A DNA stretch of 64,000 bases from an uncultured Bacteroidales bacterium (GTDB taxonomy: Bacteria > Bacteroidota > Bacteroidia > Bacteroidales > UBA932), in assembly GCA_900320795.1 (NCBI GenBank), contig ONTQ01000007.1:3310-67309 (forward strand), read 5' to 3'. The notes under the pieces are model-generated. The model was not told the origin of the DNA. It saw only the letters and a list, made by a program, of their open reading frames with translations, and made no database searches. Both the position numbers and the translations under genes were made by a program. Shown here piece after piece: positions 27,897-38,744 of this stretch; the first letter of the stretch is position 1; the number at the start of each line of letters is the position of its first letter.

Positions 27897-29864
27897 TTAG
27901 TCGGCAAAATGCATCTCGTCAAAGAGATAGTCGGCGTGTCCGACCTCTTTGATGACAAACAACAGGTAGCGCACGTCCAGGGAGATGTTGCGGCAGATTT
28001 CGGGGTCGTACACAAGGTCATTCATCGTGCCTTCCCATACGCGGTCGAAGTTGATGCCCACCAGCTGCCCCTCTCCGTTAAGGACCGGAGAGCCGGAGTT
28101 GCCGCCGGTGGTATGGTTGGTGGCCAGGAAGCACACAGGCTGGTCTTCAAAACCGCCACGGGCATAGATGTCGCGCAGCACCTGGGGGATGTTGTAGTCG
28201 AAGATGTCCGGATTGTCCTTTTCGATAATGCCCCGGAGGGTGGATACCGGATTGTACCATACCGCATCTACGGGACGGTAGCCTGCTACTTTTCCGTAGG
28301 CCACGCGAAGCGTCAGGTTGGCGTCCGGATAGAAGGTACGGCCGCTCTCAAACTCCATCTGCCCCTGCATGTAGTCCCGGTACACCAGGTTGATGCTCAT
28401 GTTGAGCTCGGTTACCGGCGGGGCGATGGCGGTGGTAAAGTGGTTGTTGAGCGCATCGGACAGGGCCTTGGCTTCGTTGTCATCGGCAAATACGGCGTCC
28501 TTCCAGGCCGCCATAGAGCCATACTGGGCGCGTTTTTCCAGGAAATACGGGGGCTTGTACATGTCTTCCAGCGCCTGGTCGAAGGCCGTCATCATTGCCA
28601 CGAATGTTTCCTCGTCAATGGGCCGATAGTAGTCTTTGGTGTTGAAGCGGCTGCTGCGGACCATCTGAAGCCGCTCAATGGTGAGAACGGTTTCCCGATA
28701 GTATTCATAGGCGCGGTAAATGGGGTTGTAGGCGGCGTACAGCCGGGCCAGGCGGTCGGTGATGCCCTCGTAACGGGTTCCCGCCGCCCATTCGGCAAAG
28801 CGCTTTTCGTAGTCCTGTTTCACCGGAACGACCTTGTTCTTGCGAAGGCCCTTTTCCTCTCCCTGCCACTTTTTCCAGGCATTGGCGACGCCGGCATATT
28901 TGGAGGAGTACTGGATGCGGACGGCCTGGCTCTGGTCCATATACTTCTTCATAATCTCCAGCCGGGTGGTGCGGAGGGCAATCTTTTCCGGATCGGAGAT
29001 ATCCTGGATGTAGCGCACCGCTTCCGAGTGCACGTATTCCTGCGTGCTGCCGGGGCAGCCGTACACGAAGGTGAAGTCTCCTTCGTTCACACCCTTGCGG
29101 GAAACAGTGAAAGACTTTTTGGGGTGGTAGGGAACATTCTCCGGGGAATAATCGGCCGGCATGTTGTCCTGCCCGGCGTAGATGCGGAAGATGGAGAAGT
29201 CTCCGGTGTGACGGGGCCACATCCAGTTGTCGGTCTCTCCGCCGAATTTGCCGATGGAGGAGGGGGGAGCGCCCACGAGACGCACGTCGCTGTACTCGCG
29301 GAAGACGAAGAGGAAGTACTGGTTGCCGTAGTACAGGGCCTCTACGCTGGCTTTCAGGCCATTTCCTTCCTTGACGGCATCGGCCTTGAGCTTGTCGCTG
29401 TTTTTCTTGATGAGGGCCTGACGCTGTTCTTCATTCATCTTGGCGGGCTTGTAGCCTTTGAGGACGGCGGCGGTTACATCTTCCATCCTTTCCAGGAAAC
29501 GGACGGTGAGACCGGGATTGGGCAGTTCCTGGCTGCGGTTCATAGCCCAGAATCCGTCCTTCAGGTAGTCGTGTTCCACGGAGGAATGCCGCTGGATAAA
29601 GCTGTATCCGCAGTGGTGGTTGGTGAAAAGAAGGCCTGCGTCACTCACGAGTTCTCCGGTGCAGCCGCTGCCAAAGAGCACTACGGCATCCTTCAGGCTG
29701 GCCTGGTTCACGCTGTAGATGTCTTCGGCCGTGAGCTGGAAACCTTTGGCCTGCATATCGCCGATTCTTTGGGCAATAAGGGCCGGCAGCCACATGCCTT
29801 CATCGGCCTTCAGGGGCTGGAGGGCGACAAGAAGCAGGGTCGCCAGGAGGATGCGTTTTTTCAT
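27897..29864 (-). CDS. S46 dipeptidyl peptidase (DPP11-like)
   Basis: Signal peptide, DEGMW, TNHHC, TTGGNSGSPV, FDRVWEG. Confidence 0.95.
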   Translation of the reverse strand: MKKRILLATLLLVALQPLKADEGMWLPALIAQRIGDMQAKGFQLTAEDIYSVNQASLKDAVVLFGSGCTGELVSDAGLLFTNHHCGYSFIQRHSSVEHDYLKDGFWAMNRSQELPNPGLTVRFLERMEDVTAAVLKGYKPAKMNEEQRQALIKKNSDKLKADAVKEGNGLKASVEALYYGNQYFLFVFREYSDVRLVGAPPSSIGKFGGETDNWMWPRHTGDFSIFRIYAGQDNMPADYSPENVPYHPKKSFTVSRKGVNEGDFTFVYGCPGSTQEYVHSEAVRYIQDISDPEKIALRTTRLEIMKKYMDQSQAVRIQYSSKYAGVANAWKKWQGEEKGLRKNKVVPVKQDYEKRFAEWAAGTRYEGITDRLARLYAAYNPIYRAYEYYRETVLTIERLQMVRSSRFNTKDYYRPIDEETFVAMMTAFDQALEDMYKPPYFLEKRAQYGSMAAWKDAVFADDNEAKALSDALNNHFTTAIAPPVTELNMSINLVYRDYMQGQMEFESGRTFYPDANLTLRVAYGKVAGYRPVDAVWYNPVSTLRGIIEKDNPDIFDYNIPQVLRDIYARGGFEDQPVCFLATNHTTGGNSGSPVLNGEGQLVGINFDRVWEGTMNDLVYDPEICRNISLDVRYLLFVIKEVGHADYLFDEMHFAD

Positions 29865-29941
29865 GGTATGCTTTTTCGTGCGGGTTAGTAAAACAAAGGT
29901 AATCTTTTTTTTGTACATTTGAACTTTCAAACACCAAAACA

Positions 29942-30433
29942 ATGAGACATCTGAATATGCTGGCCGTCCTGCTGGCCACGCTCCTTGTCAGCGCCTGCGG
30001 TATTTTCTCGCAGACCCCCGAAGAAGTGCAGAGAACCGCTCAGATTGTCCGGGAAAGGCTGGACAACCGAACCTACACCATCGATGTGGACTATATGATT
30101 CCTCTCCGCGGAAAGCCCCAGATTGTCAATTCCTTCTCCATTACGGTGGACGGGGATGTCCTGGACTCGCACCTTCCTTATTTCGGCGTTGCCCAGAATG
30201 CTTCCTATGGCGGAGGTAATGCTCTCAGTTTCAAGGAGCGGATTTCCGGGTATTCCGATACCGGCTTTGTCGGAGACAAGCGGAGCATCCTCATGCAGGT
30301 GAAAACCCAGGAAGACATTTTTGTCTATTCCATTACCGTCTTCGACAACGGATCGGCCGATATCAATGTGAACTGCCACAACCGCGACGACATCTCCTAT
30401 CGCGGCAACCTGCGTACCCGGGATGCTGAATGA
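29942..30433 (+). CDS. DUF4251 family lipoprotein
   Basis: Lipobox VSAC, SHLPYFG.A...YGG, ISYRG. Confidence 0.85.
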   Translation: MRHLNMLAVLLATLLVSACGIFSQTPEEVQRTAQIVRERLDNRTYTIDVDYMIPLRGKPQIVNSFSITVDGDVLDSHLPYFGVAQNASYGGGNALSFKERISGYSDTGFVGDKRSILMQVKTQEDIFVYSITVFDNGSADINVNCHNRDDISYRGNLRTRDAE

Positions 30434-31325
30434 CAAACTGAAGGGGCATCTTTCCATTGCGGCCGCCTACACGATATTCGGCCTTAACCTTGTGTTTTGC
30501 AAGGATATTGCGAATTCGGCTACCATCTCGCCCTATGTGCTGTTTACATTGCGGGCCGTGGGCGCCAGCGCTCTTTTCTGGCTCATTTCCCTGTTCCTGC
30601 CCCGGGAAAAGGTGGAAAGGAAAGACATGGAGAAGATTGCTGCCGCGTCGCTGGTGGGCCTTTTCATCCCGCAGATGACTTTCCTAATGGCCATCACGAT
30701 GACATCGGCCATCGATACGGCCATCATCGGCACCCTGGGCCCTATCTTTACCATGTTCTTCGCCTTCCTGTTCCTGAAGGAACCCATTACGGGGAAGAAG
30801 GCGGGGGGTGTCGCCCTCAGTTTTGCGGGTATCCTTTTCCTGATATTCAATTCCGTCCATGAAGGCGGAACGGCTTCCACTTCGCCGATGGGCGTGGTCC
30901 TGCTTCTGGTAAACAGTCTCAGTTTTTCGCTTTACCTGGGCCTGTTCCGCCCGCTGATCTCGAAGTACAGCGTGGTCACTTTCATGAAGTGGTCCTTCCT
31001 GTTCTCCCTTTTACTGTCGCTGCCGATCGCGGGCAGGGGACTGGTCACGACGGATTTCGCGGCCATTCCGGCCAATGTGCTCTGGGAAATCGGCTATCTG
31101 ATTTTCTTTGCCACCTTTGTGGCCTATTTCCTCATCCCTTACGGGCAGAAGTTCATCCGGCCCACGCTGGTTAGCATGTATTCCTACCTGCAACCGATCA
31201 TTGCGGCCATTGTGAGCATCTGGGCAGGTCTGGATACGCTCAGCTGGCAGAAAATCCTGGCCTCCGCCCTTGTCGTAGGCGGCGTGGTGCTGGTCTCCAA
31301 GAGCCGGGCGGCGGTGCAGCGCTGA
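30423..31325 (+). CDS. EamA/DMT family transporter
   Basis: 10 TM helices, LKEPIT, YSYLQP. Confidence 0.92.
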   Translation: MLNDKLKGHLSIAAAYTIFGLNLVFCKDIANSATISPYVLFTLRAVGASALFWLISLFLPREKVERKDMEKIAAASLVGLFIPQMTFLMAITMTSAIDTAIIGTLGPIFTMFFAFLFLKEPITGKKAGGVALSFAGILFLIFNSVHEGGTASTSPMGVVLLLVNSLSFSLYLGLFRPLISKYSVVTFMKWSFLFSLLLSLPIAGRGLVTTDFAAIPANVLWEIGYLIFFATFVAYFLIPYGQKFIRPTLVSMYSYLQPIIAAIVSIWAGLDTLSWQKILASALVVGGVVLVSKSRAAVQR

Positions 31326-31374
31326 CCGGGCCGATTACAAGAAAAATTTCGCAACAACTTTCCGCGAGCATAGG

Positions 31375-33507
31375 TCAAGGTAGATCGGCCGGCTTGATGA
31401 AGGCGGCGCGGAGGGTGCGGATGGCGCCGCTGTCAAACTGGACGTCGAAGCTGGTGTAGTCTTTGTTGGCGGCGATGATGACCCCTTCTCCGAAAACCGG
31501 ATGCGCCACAATCTCTCCGATCTTGAAAGGAGATGCATAGGCGGCCCGTTCGGCACTGAAATCCTCCTGGTCCAGCACGTGGGTAAGTCCCCGGGTGCCC
31601 TTCCAGAGTTCTTCCGGCACTACGCCTTCCGTCACCACCAGGTTCTGCTTGATTTCCGCCAGGAAACGGGAGGGGTATTTGGCCATCTTGGTGGAGATGT
31701 TGAAACCCTCGGATTCTGTGAGGAACAGGGCGTTCTGGGCGCGGGTAATGGCTACATACATGAGCCGGCGCTCCTCTTCCTCCCCGTTTTTCTTGCCCTC
31801 GCGGATGCTGCGCATATTGGGGAAAATGCCCTCTGACAGGCCTGTGACAAAGACATAGGGGAATTCCAGCCCCTTGGCCTGATGGATGGTCATGAGTTTT
31901 ATGGTAGGGGTGTCCTTGCGGTGGTCGTCGTTGGTATAGAGGGCGATGTCCTGCAGGTAATCGGCCAGGGTGCTCTCCTCCGGGGTGCGGACGCTCTCAT
32001 AGAAACGGATGCTGGACAGAAGTTCGTCCAGGTTCTCCAGACGGTCTTCATCCTGGTCTTCCCGCACCATCTTTTTGTATCCGGAGCGGTCCAGCAGTCG
32101 GTTCAGCAAATCGGATACCCGATTATTCAGCGCAAACTGTTTGGCATCCTCGATAAGTTCCACAAAGGGGGCCGATTTGGCATCCCCGTCCAGTTGCAGG
32201 GCGCTGTAGAGCGAGATGCCCCTCTCGTCGGCCAGGGCCCGGATGCCGTCCAGGAACTTGCGGCCCAGCTTTCGCGAAGGGACATTGATGATGCGTTCGA
32301 AGCTGATGTCATCGTCCTGGTTGTTCACCAGCCGTAAATAGCTGAGCGTATCCTTGATTTCCCGACGCTCGAAAAAGCGCGTGCCGCCCCAGATGGTGTA
32401 TTCCAGATGGGCATTCAAGAGTTCCTGCTCCAGGGCGCGGGAAAGATAACTGCTGCGGTAGAGGATGGCGATGTCGCTCACGCGGGCGCCCTTGTCCAGC
32501 AGGCGCTTGATCTGGCCGACAATCCACTCCGTCTCTTCCTTCTCGCTCTTGCCATGGAAGTGGATGACGGCTTTTCCTTCGGCCTTCCGGGTGAAGAGGT
32601 CTTTGGGAATGCGGTTCTGGTTATTGGAAATCACGCAGTTGGCTACGTCCAGAATGCGTGGGGTGCTGCGGTAGTTTTCGTCCAGAATGATGGTTTTGTC
32701 GGCCGCGAAATTCACAAACAGGTCGGGCCGGGCGCCGCGCCATTCGTAGATGGCCTGGTCGGGATCTCCCACGATGAAGAGGTTCCGGTGCTTGGCGCTG
32801 AGGCGGTCGATGAGGTCCCAGTCGTCCAGGTTGCAGTCCTGCGCCTCGTCCACCATGATGTAGTTGAGCTGGGTCTGCCACTGCTCACAGGCATCCGGGA
32901 AACGGTCCAGGATGTATTTGGTGACATTCATCAGGTCGTCGAAGTCCAGGGCGTAGTTTTTCATCTGGCGGCTCACGTAACCTGCCAGCCGGGAGGTGCG
33001 GCGCATCTGGTCGGAGATGACGCTGCCCGGAAGCATATAGGTCTGAATATAGCCGTTGAGCGCTTTTTCCGCGCCTATCGCATCCAGGAACTGCTTCACC
33101 GTCTTCTCCGTGCGCTTGAGCCCCATCTCATCCATCGTCTGTTTGGCGATAGCCTTGCTGTCCTCCTCGTCCAGGACGGTGAAGGATTTAGGGAAGCCGA
33201 TGCGGTAAATCTCCTTCCGGAGGAACTTGACGCAGAAACCGTGCAGGGTGCACACGAAGTCGTTGTAATCGCCGCTGTGCACCATGGCGGCGATGCGGTT
33301 TCGCATCTCGGCCGCGGCCTTGTTGGTGAAGGTAAGGCACAGCAGGTTGGCCGGGTCGATGCCCAGTACATTCACCAGATAGGCGTAGCGGTGCGTGAGG
33401 GCCTTGGTTTTGCCCGTACCGGCACCTGCCACCACGCGAATGCGCCCCTCGGTGGCTTCTACAGCCTCCCGCTGGCGCGAATTGAGTCCCTGGAAAATGT
33501 CCGTCAT
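31375..33507 (-). CDS. UvrD/PcrA-family ATP-dependent helicase
   Basis: AGAGTGKT, VDEAQD, VGDPDQAIY.WRGA, NYRS, TIHQAKGLEF, EERRLMYVAITRA. Confidence 0.96.
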   Translation of the reverse strand: MTDIFQGLNSRQREAVEATEGRIRVVAGAGTGKTKALTHRYAYLVNVLGIDPANLLCLTFTNKAAAEMRNRIAAMVHSGDYNDFVCTLHGFCVKFLRKEIYRIGFPKSFTVLDEEDSKAIAKQTMDEMGLKRTEKTVKQFLDAIGAEKALNGYIQTYMLPGSVISDQMRRTSRLAGYVSRQMKNYALDFDDLMNVTKYILDRFPDACEQWQTQLNYIMVDEAQDCNLDDWDLIDRLSAKHRNLFIVGDPDQAIYEWRGARPDLFVNFAADKTIILDENYRSTPRILDVANCVISNNQNRIPKDLFTRKAEGKAVIHFHGKSEKEETEWIVGQIKRLLDKGARVSDIAILYRSSYLSRALEQELLNAHLEYTIWGGTRFFERREIKDTLSYLRLVNNQDDDISFERIINVPSRKLGRKFLDGIRALADERGISLYSALQLDGDAKSAPFVELIEDAKQFALNNRVSDLLNRLLDRSGYKKMVREDQDEDRLENLDELLSSIRFYESVRTPEESTLADYLQDIALYTNDDHRKDTPTIKLMTIHQAKGLEFPYVFVTGLSEGIFPNMRSIREGKKNGEEEERRLMYVAITRAQNALFLTESEGFNISTKMAKYPSRFLAEIKQNLVVTEGVVPEELWKGTRGLTHVLDQEDFSAERAAYASPFKIGEIVAHPVFGEGVIIAANKDYTSFDVQFDSGAIRTLRAAFIKPADLP

Positions 33508-33578
33508 ACTACAAAGATAGTGATTTGGAAGCAGTTTTGTGTGTTTTTTCTTAAATTTGTAGTCAAGAAACATCCGAT

Positions 33579-34730
33579 ATGGAAAACGAAAGAAACATCG
33601 ATATTCTGGCCGGCTGGATCATGAAACTGGCTGTACTGGCTGTCGTCTGCGCCGGCTGCTGGTATTTCAGGAGCGTGCTCGTCTATGTGCTGGTGGCTTT
33701 TGTGGTGTCGCTTATCGGCCATCCGCTCATGCGTCTTTTCCGAAAATGCAGGATTAAGGGAAAGGCCCTGCCGGATTCCGTGCTGGCCATCCTGACCATT
33801 GTCATTATCCTGCTGGGACTATCCCTTTTTGTCACGCAAATGGTCCCGGTCGTAATGCATATCGTCCGTGACGCTTCGGTGATGAATGCGCAGGATGTAC
33901 CATACAATTCCGTCCTGGACCAGATGAACGACTGGCTCGTGGGGCTGTTCCCGGCCCTGGGAAAAGACTTCAACCTGGTTTCTGTGCTCCTGGAACAGAT
34001 TCGTTCCGTGGTGAGCCTTTCCAATGTGACATCGATTATCGGCTCGGTGGCCTCTGCGGCGGCCAGTATCGGCGTGGGCGTTTTCTCGGTGGTTTTCATC
34101 TCCTTCTTCTTCATCAAGGACGAGCAACTTTTCTGCAAGATTATCCGCGCCCTGGTCCCCGACAGGATTGAGAGCAGCGTGGAGAATACCATCAATGACA
34201 TCACCCACCTGCTGTCCCGCTATTTCATCGGCCTGGTAGTGGAAGTGATGGGCGTCATCCTGGTGGATTTCCTGGGCCTTTGGCTCATCGCCAGGATCGG
34301 GGCCGACTATGCCATCGGCATCGCCTTCATCGCCGGTGTGCTCAATGTGATTCCGTATGTAGGACCGCTGCTGGGAGAAGTGATCGGTGTCCTGTTGTGC
34401 GTCGTGCTCAAGTACGGCGCCGGCGTGGGCCTCAACGTTCCTATCCTGGCTTTCGCCCTCATCGTCCTGGCCATCATGCTGACGGCCCAGCTTATCGACA
34501 ACTTTGTCTATCAGCCGCTTATCTATTCCACCAGCATCAAGTCCACCCCGCTGGAAATCTTCATTGTCCTGCTCATCGCCGGACGCATCGGCGGAACGGT
34601 GGGCCTTCTGGTGGGCATTCCTGCCTACACGGTGGTGCGTGTCATTGCCGCCCGCTTTTTCTACAACCACAAGGCTGTCCGGCGTCTGATTCCGGACCTC
34701 GAAAAGGAAAATACCGGTTGGATAATTTGA
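33579..34730 (+). CDS. AI-2E family transporter
   Basis: NVIPYVGP, QLIDNFVYQP, PLEIF, multiple TMs. Confidence 0.92.
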   Translation: MENERNIDILAGWIMKLAVLAVVCAGCWYFRSVLVYVLVAFVVSLIGHPLMRLFRKCRIKGKALPDSVLAILTIVIILLGLSLFVTQMVPVVMHIVRDASVMNAQDVPYNSVLDQMNDWLVGLFPALGKDFNLVSVLLEQIRSVVSLSNVTSIIGSVASAAASIGVGVFSVVFISFFFIKDEQLFCKIIRALVPDRIESSVENTINDITHLLSRYFIGLVVEVMGVILVDFLGLWLIARIGADYAIGIAFIAGVLNVIPYVGPLLGEVIGVLLCVVLKYGAGVGLNVPILAFALIVLAIMLTAQLIDNFVYQPLIYSTSIKSTPLEIFIVLLIAGRIGGTVGLLVGIPAYTVVRVIAARFFYNHKAVRRLIPDLEKENTGWII

Positions 34731-34735
34731 TTATT

Positions 34736-35392
34736 ATGAAGAATACTTTTTTTCGCACGAGCCTTCTGCTGCTGATCGTTCTCCTGTTTCCAGGGAGGAG
34801 CTGCAGCCCCTTCTCCTCATGGGAAAAGCGTGTCATCCAAGAGCAGGATTCCGTCCTGTATGTGACCACCATCTGGCAGGACAGCACCATCCTGCGGACC
34901 CCCAGCGCCGAACTCTCGTCCGGGGAATTGCAATCGGCCCTGCTGAAGACCCTGGAGGCCAAGATGCTCCGGACGGTCACGGATCCCTGCCAGGATGGCG
35001 TGGGGATCGCCGCTCCGCAGGTGGGCATCAACCGCCGGGTGGTCTGGGTACAGCGGCTGGACAAGGAAGGGGAGCCCTTCGAGTGCTACGAGAACATCCA
35101 GATCGACAGCCTGTTCGGGGAAATGGTCCTGCTGGAAGAAGGCTGCCTGTCCGTTCCGCCCCTCCGCGGCCGCGTTCCCCGTCACAAGGGGGTAATAATT
35201 TCGTATCTTCGTAACGGACAGAAGGTTACGGAAACTGTCGAAGGTTATACCGCCCGTATCTTTCAGCACGAATGCGACCACCTGGACGGCATCCTTTATA
35301 TAGACCGGGCCGATACGGTCTTTACCCACACCTCATGGGCTGCCCAGCGGGCCGCTTTTGACTACACACGTCCGGAAATAATGAACCAATAA
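34736..35392 (+). CDS. def: Second peptide deformylase with signal-peptide-like N-terminus
   Basis: [24 protein letters not shown]. Confidence 0.88.
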   Translation: MKNTFFRTSLLLLIVLLFPGRSCSPFSSWEKRVIQEQDSVLYVTTIWQDSTILRTPSAELSSGELQSALLKTLEAKMLRTVTDPCQDGVGIAAPQVGINRRVVWVQRLDKEGEPFECYENIQIDSLFGEMVLLEEGCLSVPPLRGRVPRHKGVIISYLRNGQKVTETVEGYTARIFQHECDHLDGILYIDRADTVFTHTSWAAQRAAFDYTRPEIMNQ

Positions 35393-35399
35393 CACTGAA

Positions 35400-36116
35400 A
35401 TGAGCAAGAATAACAACACCCCCACGCCCCACATCGGGGCCAGGAAAGGAGAAATCGCTCCCTTCGTCATCATGGCCGGAGACCCGCTCCGCGCCAAATT
35501 CATGGCCGACCATTACCTGGAGAATCCCGTCCTCTTCAACAATGTGCGCGGAATGCTGGGCTTTACGGGAACCTACAAGGGAAAACCCGTGAGCGTGATG
35601 GGACATGGAATGGGTATCCCTTCCATCGGCATCTATACCTATGAACTCTTCAATTTCTATGGCGTGAAGAGCATTGTGCGCATCGGATCGTGCGGCGCTT
35701 GCCGGAAGGACCTCAAGATAGGAGACCTGGTGCTGGCGATGGGCGCCTGCACGGATTCCAACTACGCGGCCCAGTACCAGCTTCCCGGCACGTTTGCCCC
35801 TATCGCAGATTTTGGCCTACTCACCAAGGCGGTGGATACCTGCAAGAAGTTGAAATACCGTTATCAGGTGGGCAATGTGGTCTCTTCCGACACCTTCTAT
35901 TCTGACACGCCCGGGACGGACAAATGGATGAAAATGGGTATTCTGGCCGTAGAAATGGAAGCCGCCGCCCTGTATATGAATGCCGCCCGCAGCGGCAACA
36001 AGGCCCTGGCCCTTTTCACCATCTCCGACCACATCCTCACGGGTGAGGCTACCACGGCTGAAGAAAGACAAACCACGTTCACCAGAATGATGGACGTGGC
36101 CTTGTCTCTGCTGTAG
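35400..36116 (+). CDS. deoD: Purine nucleoside phosphorylase (DeoD type)
   Basis: TPHI, GDPLRAK, GMGIPS, VEMEAA, TISDH. Confidence 0.96.
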   Translation: MSKNNNTPTPHIGARKGEIAPFVIMAGDPLRAKFMADHYLENPVLFNNVRGMLGFTGTYKGKPVSVMGHGMGIPSIGIYTYELFNFYGVKSIVRIGSCGACRKDLKIGDLVLAMGACTDSNYAAQYQLPGTFAPIADFGLLTKAVDTCKKLKYRYQVGNVVSSDTFYSDTPGTDKWMKMGILAVEMEAAALYMNAARSGNKALALFTISDHILTGEATTAEERQTTFTRMMDVALSLL

Positions 36117-36124
36117 AAGCGTTT

Positions 36125-37795
36125 TTACATCTGCGGCGTAATATACCGTTCACCGGTCTGTGCCTTCACTGCGTCGATAAAGGCGGGAGCATAGGCCGGT
36201 GAAGTGTGTCTGCCGGGGACAATCTCTCCGTCCTTGCTGGGGCGCATCACCTGGTCGTTGTGCTTCACCACCAGGTATTTGAAGAGCTTGTCCCAGCGTT
36301 TCATCATTTTGTCGGTATAGCCGATGGTGGTGGCGCTGAGGTAGTCGGCCCGCTCACCGGGCGTGAGTTCCCTGGCCTTGGCATCCACGGCCGCCTGCTC
36401 CGCTTCGTAATAGTCTTCCAGTTCTGTCTGTGCCTCCAGAAGGTCCGGATACAGGGCGCTCCAGCGGGGATAGACCATATTGGCGACCATGTTGTTCATC
36501 CAGAAGGCACTGTCCCAGGAGAATTCCGTGATGCTGTTGTTCTCGGGGCGGAACGGATCCGGCAGGCGGTTGATGCCGCAGTAAACGGGTACATAGGCTA
36601 CCATGGTGGCGTCATCCAGATTGAAATAGGTGATTCCGCCTACGGCGTCGGGCAGCCAGGAACGCATGCGGCAGACCAGGGTCATCCCGCTTTGCTGGCA
36701 GCCGATGGGACGCTCGCGGAACATCCTGGTGCCGTCGGAGGCCTGGAAATTGACCGGCTGGTTGCGGTATGGGGAAGCCCAGGGACCGGCGCTCATGTCG
36801 GCTGTCATGTCCAGGGCGGTGCCCTCGTAATGGTCTCTCATGTCGTTCTGGATATCCCTGTAGCTCACGGGCTTGTCCGGGACAATCCACAGCGGGAGGT
36901 GGTCAATTTCCGACATGTCACCCTTGATGAAGGGCAGGTAGCTGTCCATCACTTCGGTGCTGTAATGATGACGGAAGAAACTCCATACGCGGGCCTCGCA
37001 GGCGCGGATCTTTCCGAAGGTCATGGGATTATAGGCCTCTCGGTAGCTGAAGTCCTTGTCGGCACCGTCGAAGTACCCCATTTCACGGGCGAAGGAGATG
37101 ACGTCGGCACTGTACATGCACTGGCCGTCCGGCGTTACGAAGAACCCCAGTTTCTTATCGATTTTCCTGGCTTGCGGGAACTGCTGGATGCGGCTGGAGT
37201 TGGCATAGGCGCAGATGGCGTTGTCCGGTACGCGGAGGGCAACCCAGACGGCCCCCTTGCGGCCTTCTCCCTTTCCGACAAGTTCCATGATCCAGGCCTC
37301 GTCCTTGTCGCAGACGGCGAAGGATTCGCCCGTGTCATTGTAGCCGTATTCCTGAACCAGGTTGTGCATCACTTGAATGGCTTCCCGGGCCGATGAAGCG
37401 CGCTGCAGGGCCAGTTCCATCAGGTTGAAATAGCCCAGCCAGCCTTCCGGATTGCGCAGTTCCGGACGGCCGCCCCAGGTGGTTTCCACGATGGAGACCT
37501 GTTTTTCGTTCATCAGGCTGACGACCGAAAAAGTGTAGGGGGCCTGCGGGATGTAATGGGTCTCTCCCCGGCCGCCCCAGGCGCGGAGGGCGATCATTTC
37601 CGAGGGATCATGCTTGCCGGCGGGGGAATAGGACAGCGAAGAGGCAAAGCCGAAACTGTCACAGTTGTACGTGCACATGACACTTCCGTCCACGGAAGCC
37701 AGTTTGCCGACGATGAGGTTGGTGCAGGCATCTGATTGGTAGCCCGATGCCAGGAGCAGGGTGGCGGTGATGGCCAGGAGGATGTTTCTTTTCAT
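36125..37795 (-). CDS. C69 family dipeptidase, exported
   Basis: Signal peptide then CTNLIVGK.AS.DGS, MNEKQV, ETTWGGR. Confidence 0.92.
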   Translation of the reverse strand: MKRNILLAITATLLLASGYQSDACTNLIVGKLASVDGSVMCTYNCDSFGFASSLSYSPAGKHDPSEMIALRAWGGRGETHYIPQAPYTFSVVSLMNEKQVSIVETTWGGRPELRNPEGWLGYFNLMELALQRASSAREAIQVMHNLVQEYGYNDTGESFAVCDKDEAWIMELVGKGEGRKGAVWVALRVPDNAICAYANSSRIQQFPQARKIDKKLGFFVTPDGQCMYSADVISFAREMGYFDGADKDFSYREAYNPMTFGKIRACEARVWSFFRHHYSTEVMDSYLPFIKGDMSEIDHLPLWIVPDKPVSYRDIQNDMRDHYEGTALDMTADMSAGPWASPYRNQPVNFQASDGTRMFRERPIGCQQSGMTLVCRMRSWLPDAVGGITYFNLDDATMVAYVPVYCGINRLPDPFRPENNSITEFSWDSAFWMNNMVANMVYPRWSALYPDLLEAQTELEDYYEAEQAAVDAKARELTPGERADYLSATTIGYTDKMMKRWDKLFKYLVVKHNDQVMRPSKDGEIVPGRHTSPAYAPAFIDAVKAQTGERYITPQM

Positions 37796-37859
37796 AAATC
37801 CAAAGATAGCGAAAATCCCGAATTATCACTATATTTGCGAAAGAAAAACGCTTACTGAC

Positions 37860-38744
37860 ATGAGAATACCTGAATCTGAGTTCATCATCAATGGAGACGG
37901 ATCTGCTTTTCATATCCATCTGAAGCCTGAGCAACTGGCCGACAATGTCATCATGATGGGAGATCCCGGCCGCGTGGACATGCTGGCCGATTATCTCACA
38001 GACATCGAGTGCCGCAACGCCTCCCGGGAGTTTGTTTCCGTTACGGGCAAGTACAACGGCAAGCGCATCACGGCGCTGTCCCACGGCATCGGCCCGGACA
38101 ATATCGACATCGTGATGACGGAACTGGATGCCCTGGCCAACGTGGATTTCGAAACCCGCGAAGTGAAGCCCGTACACCGCAGCCTGAATATCCTCAGGAT
38201 CGGCACTTCCGGTGCCCTGCATGCCGATATTCCCCTGGGCAGTTATATTCTCTCGCACATGAGCGTAGGCTTCGACGGCGTGATGAACTGGTATGGGAAC
38301 CGCGAAAAGGTCACCATCCCGGAGGTGGAGGAGGCTTTCAAAAAGCACATGAACTGGAATCCGACGCTTCCCTCGCCGTATTTCGTGAAGGCTTCCAACA
38401 AGATTATCGACCTCATGAAGGACATTACCATCAAGGGGGTTACCATCTCCGCGCCCGGTTTTTATGGCCCTCAGGGCCGTGTGGTTCGCATTCCGCTGGC
38501 CATGCCCCATATGCTGGAAGACATCGAAAGCTTCCGTTTCAAACTGGGGGATGAGGATTTCCGCATCACCAACTTCGAGATGGAAAGTTCGCCCCTGGCC
38601 GGTATGGCCGCTCATCTGGGTCACAACGCCTGCACGGTATGCTGCGCCATTGCGAACCGCTACCTCAAGAGTTCCAATCCGGACTACAAGCCCGCCATCC
38701 GCAAGCTGGTGGAACTCTCCCTCGAAAGGATGAGTACGCTTTAA
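37860..38744 (+). CDS. Nucleoside (uridine-type) phosphorylase
   Basis: GDPGRV, HGIGPDNIDI, RIGTSG, GFYGPQGR, NFEMES. Confidence 0.92.
   Translation: MRIPESEFIINGDGSAFHIHLKPEQLADNVIMMGDPGRVDMLADYLTDIECRNASREFVSVTGKYNGKRITALSHGIGPDNIDIVMTELDALANVDFETREVKPVHRSLNILRIGTSGALHADIPLGSYILSHMSVGFDGVMNWYGNREKVTIPEVEEAFKKHMNWNPTLPSPYFVKASNKIIDLMKDITIKGVTISAPGFYGPQGRVVRIPLAMPHMLEDIESFRFKLGDEDFRITNFEMESSPLAGMAAHLGHNACTVCCAIANRYLKSSNPDYKPAIRKLVELSLERMSTL

Noticed and set aside
34280-34735. N-terminal extension of the ORF-track deformylase (also the extended starts for murI, leuS, clpC, thrA, S46 and UvrD)
   Set aside because: These extensions overlap neighbouring genes or promoters; downstream ATGs fit the family N-termini better
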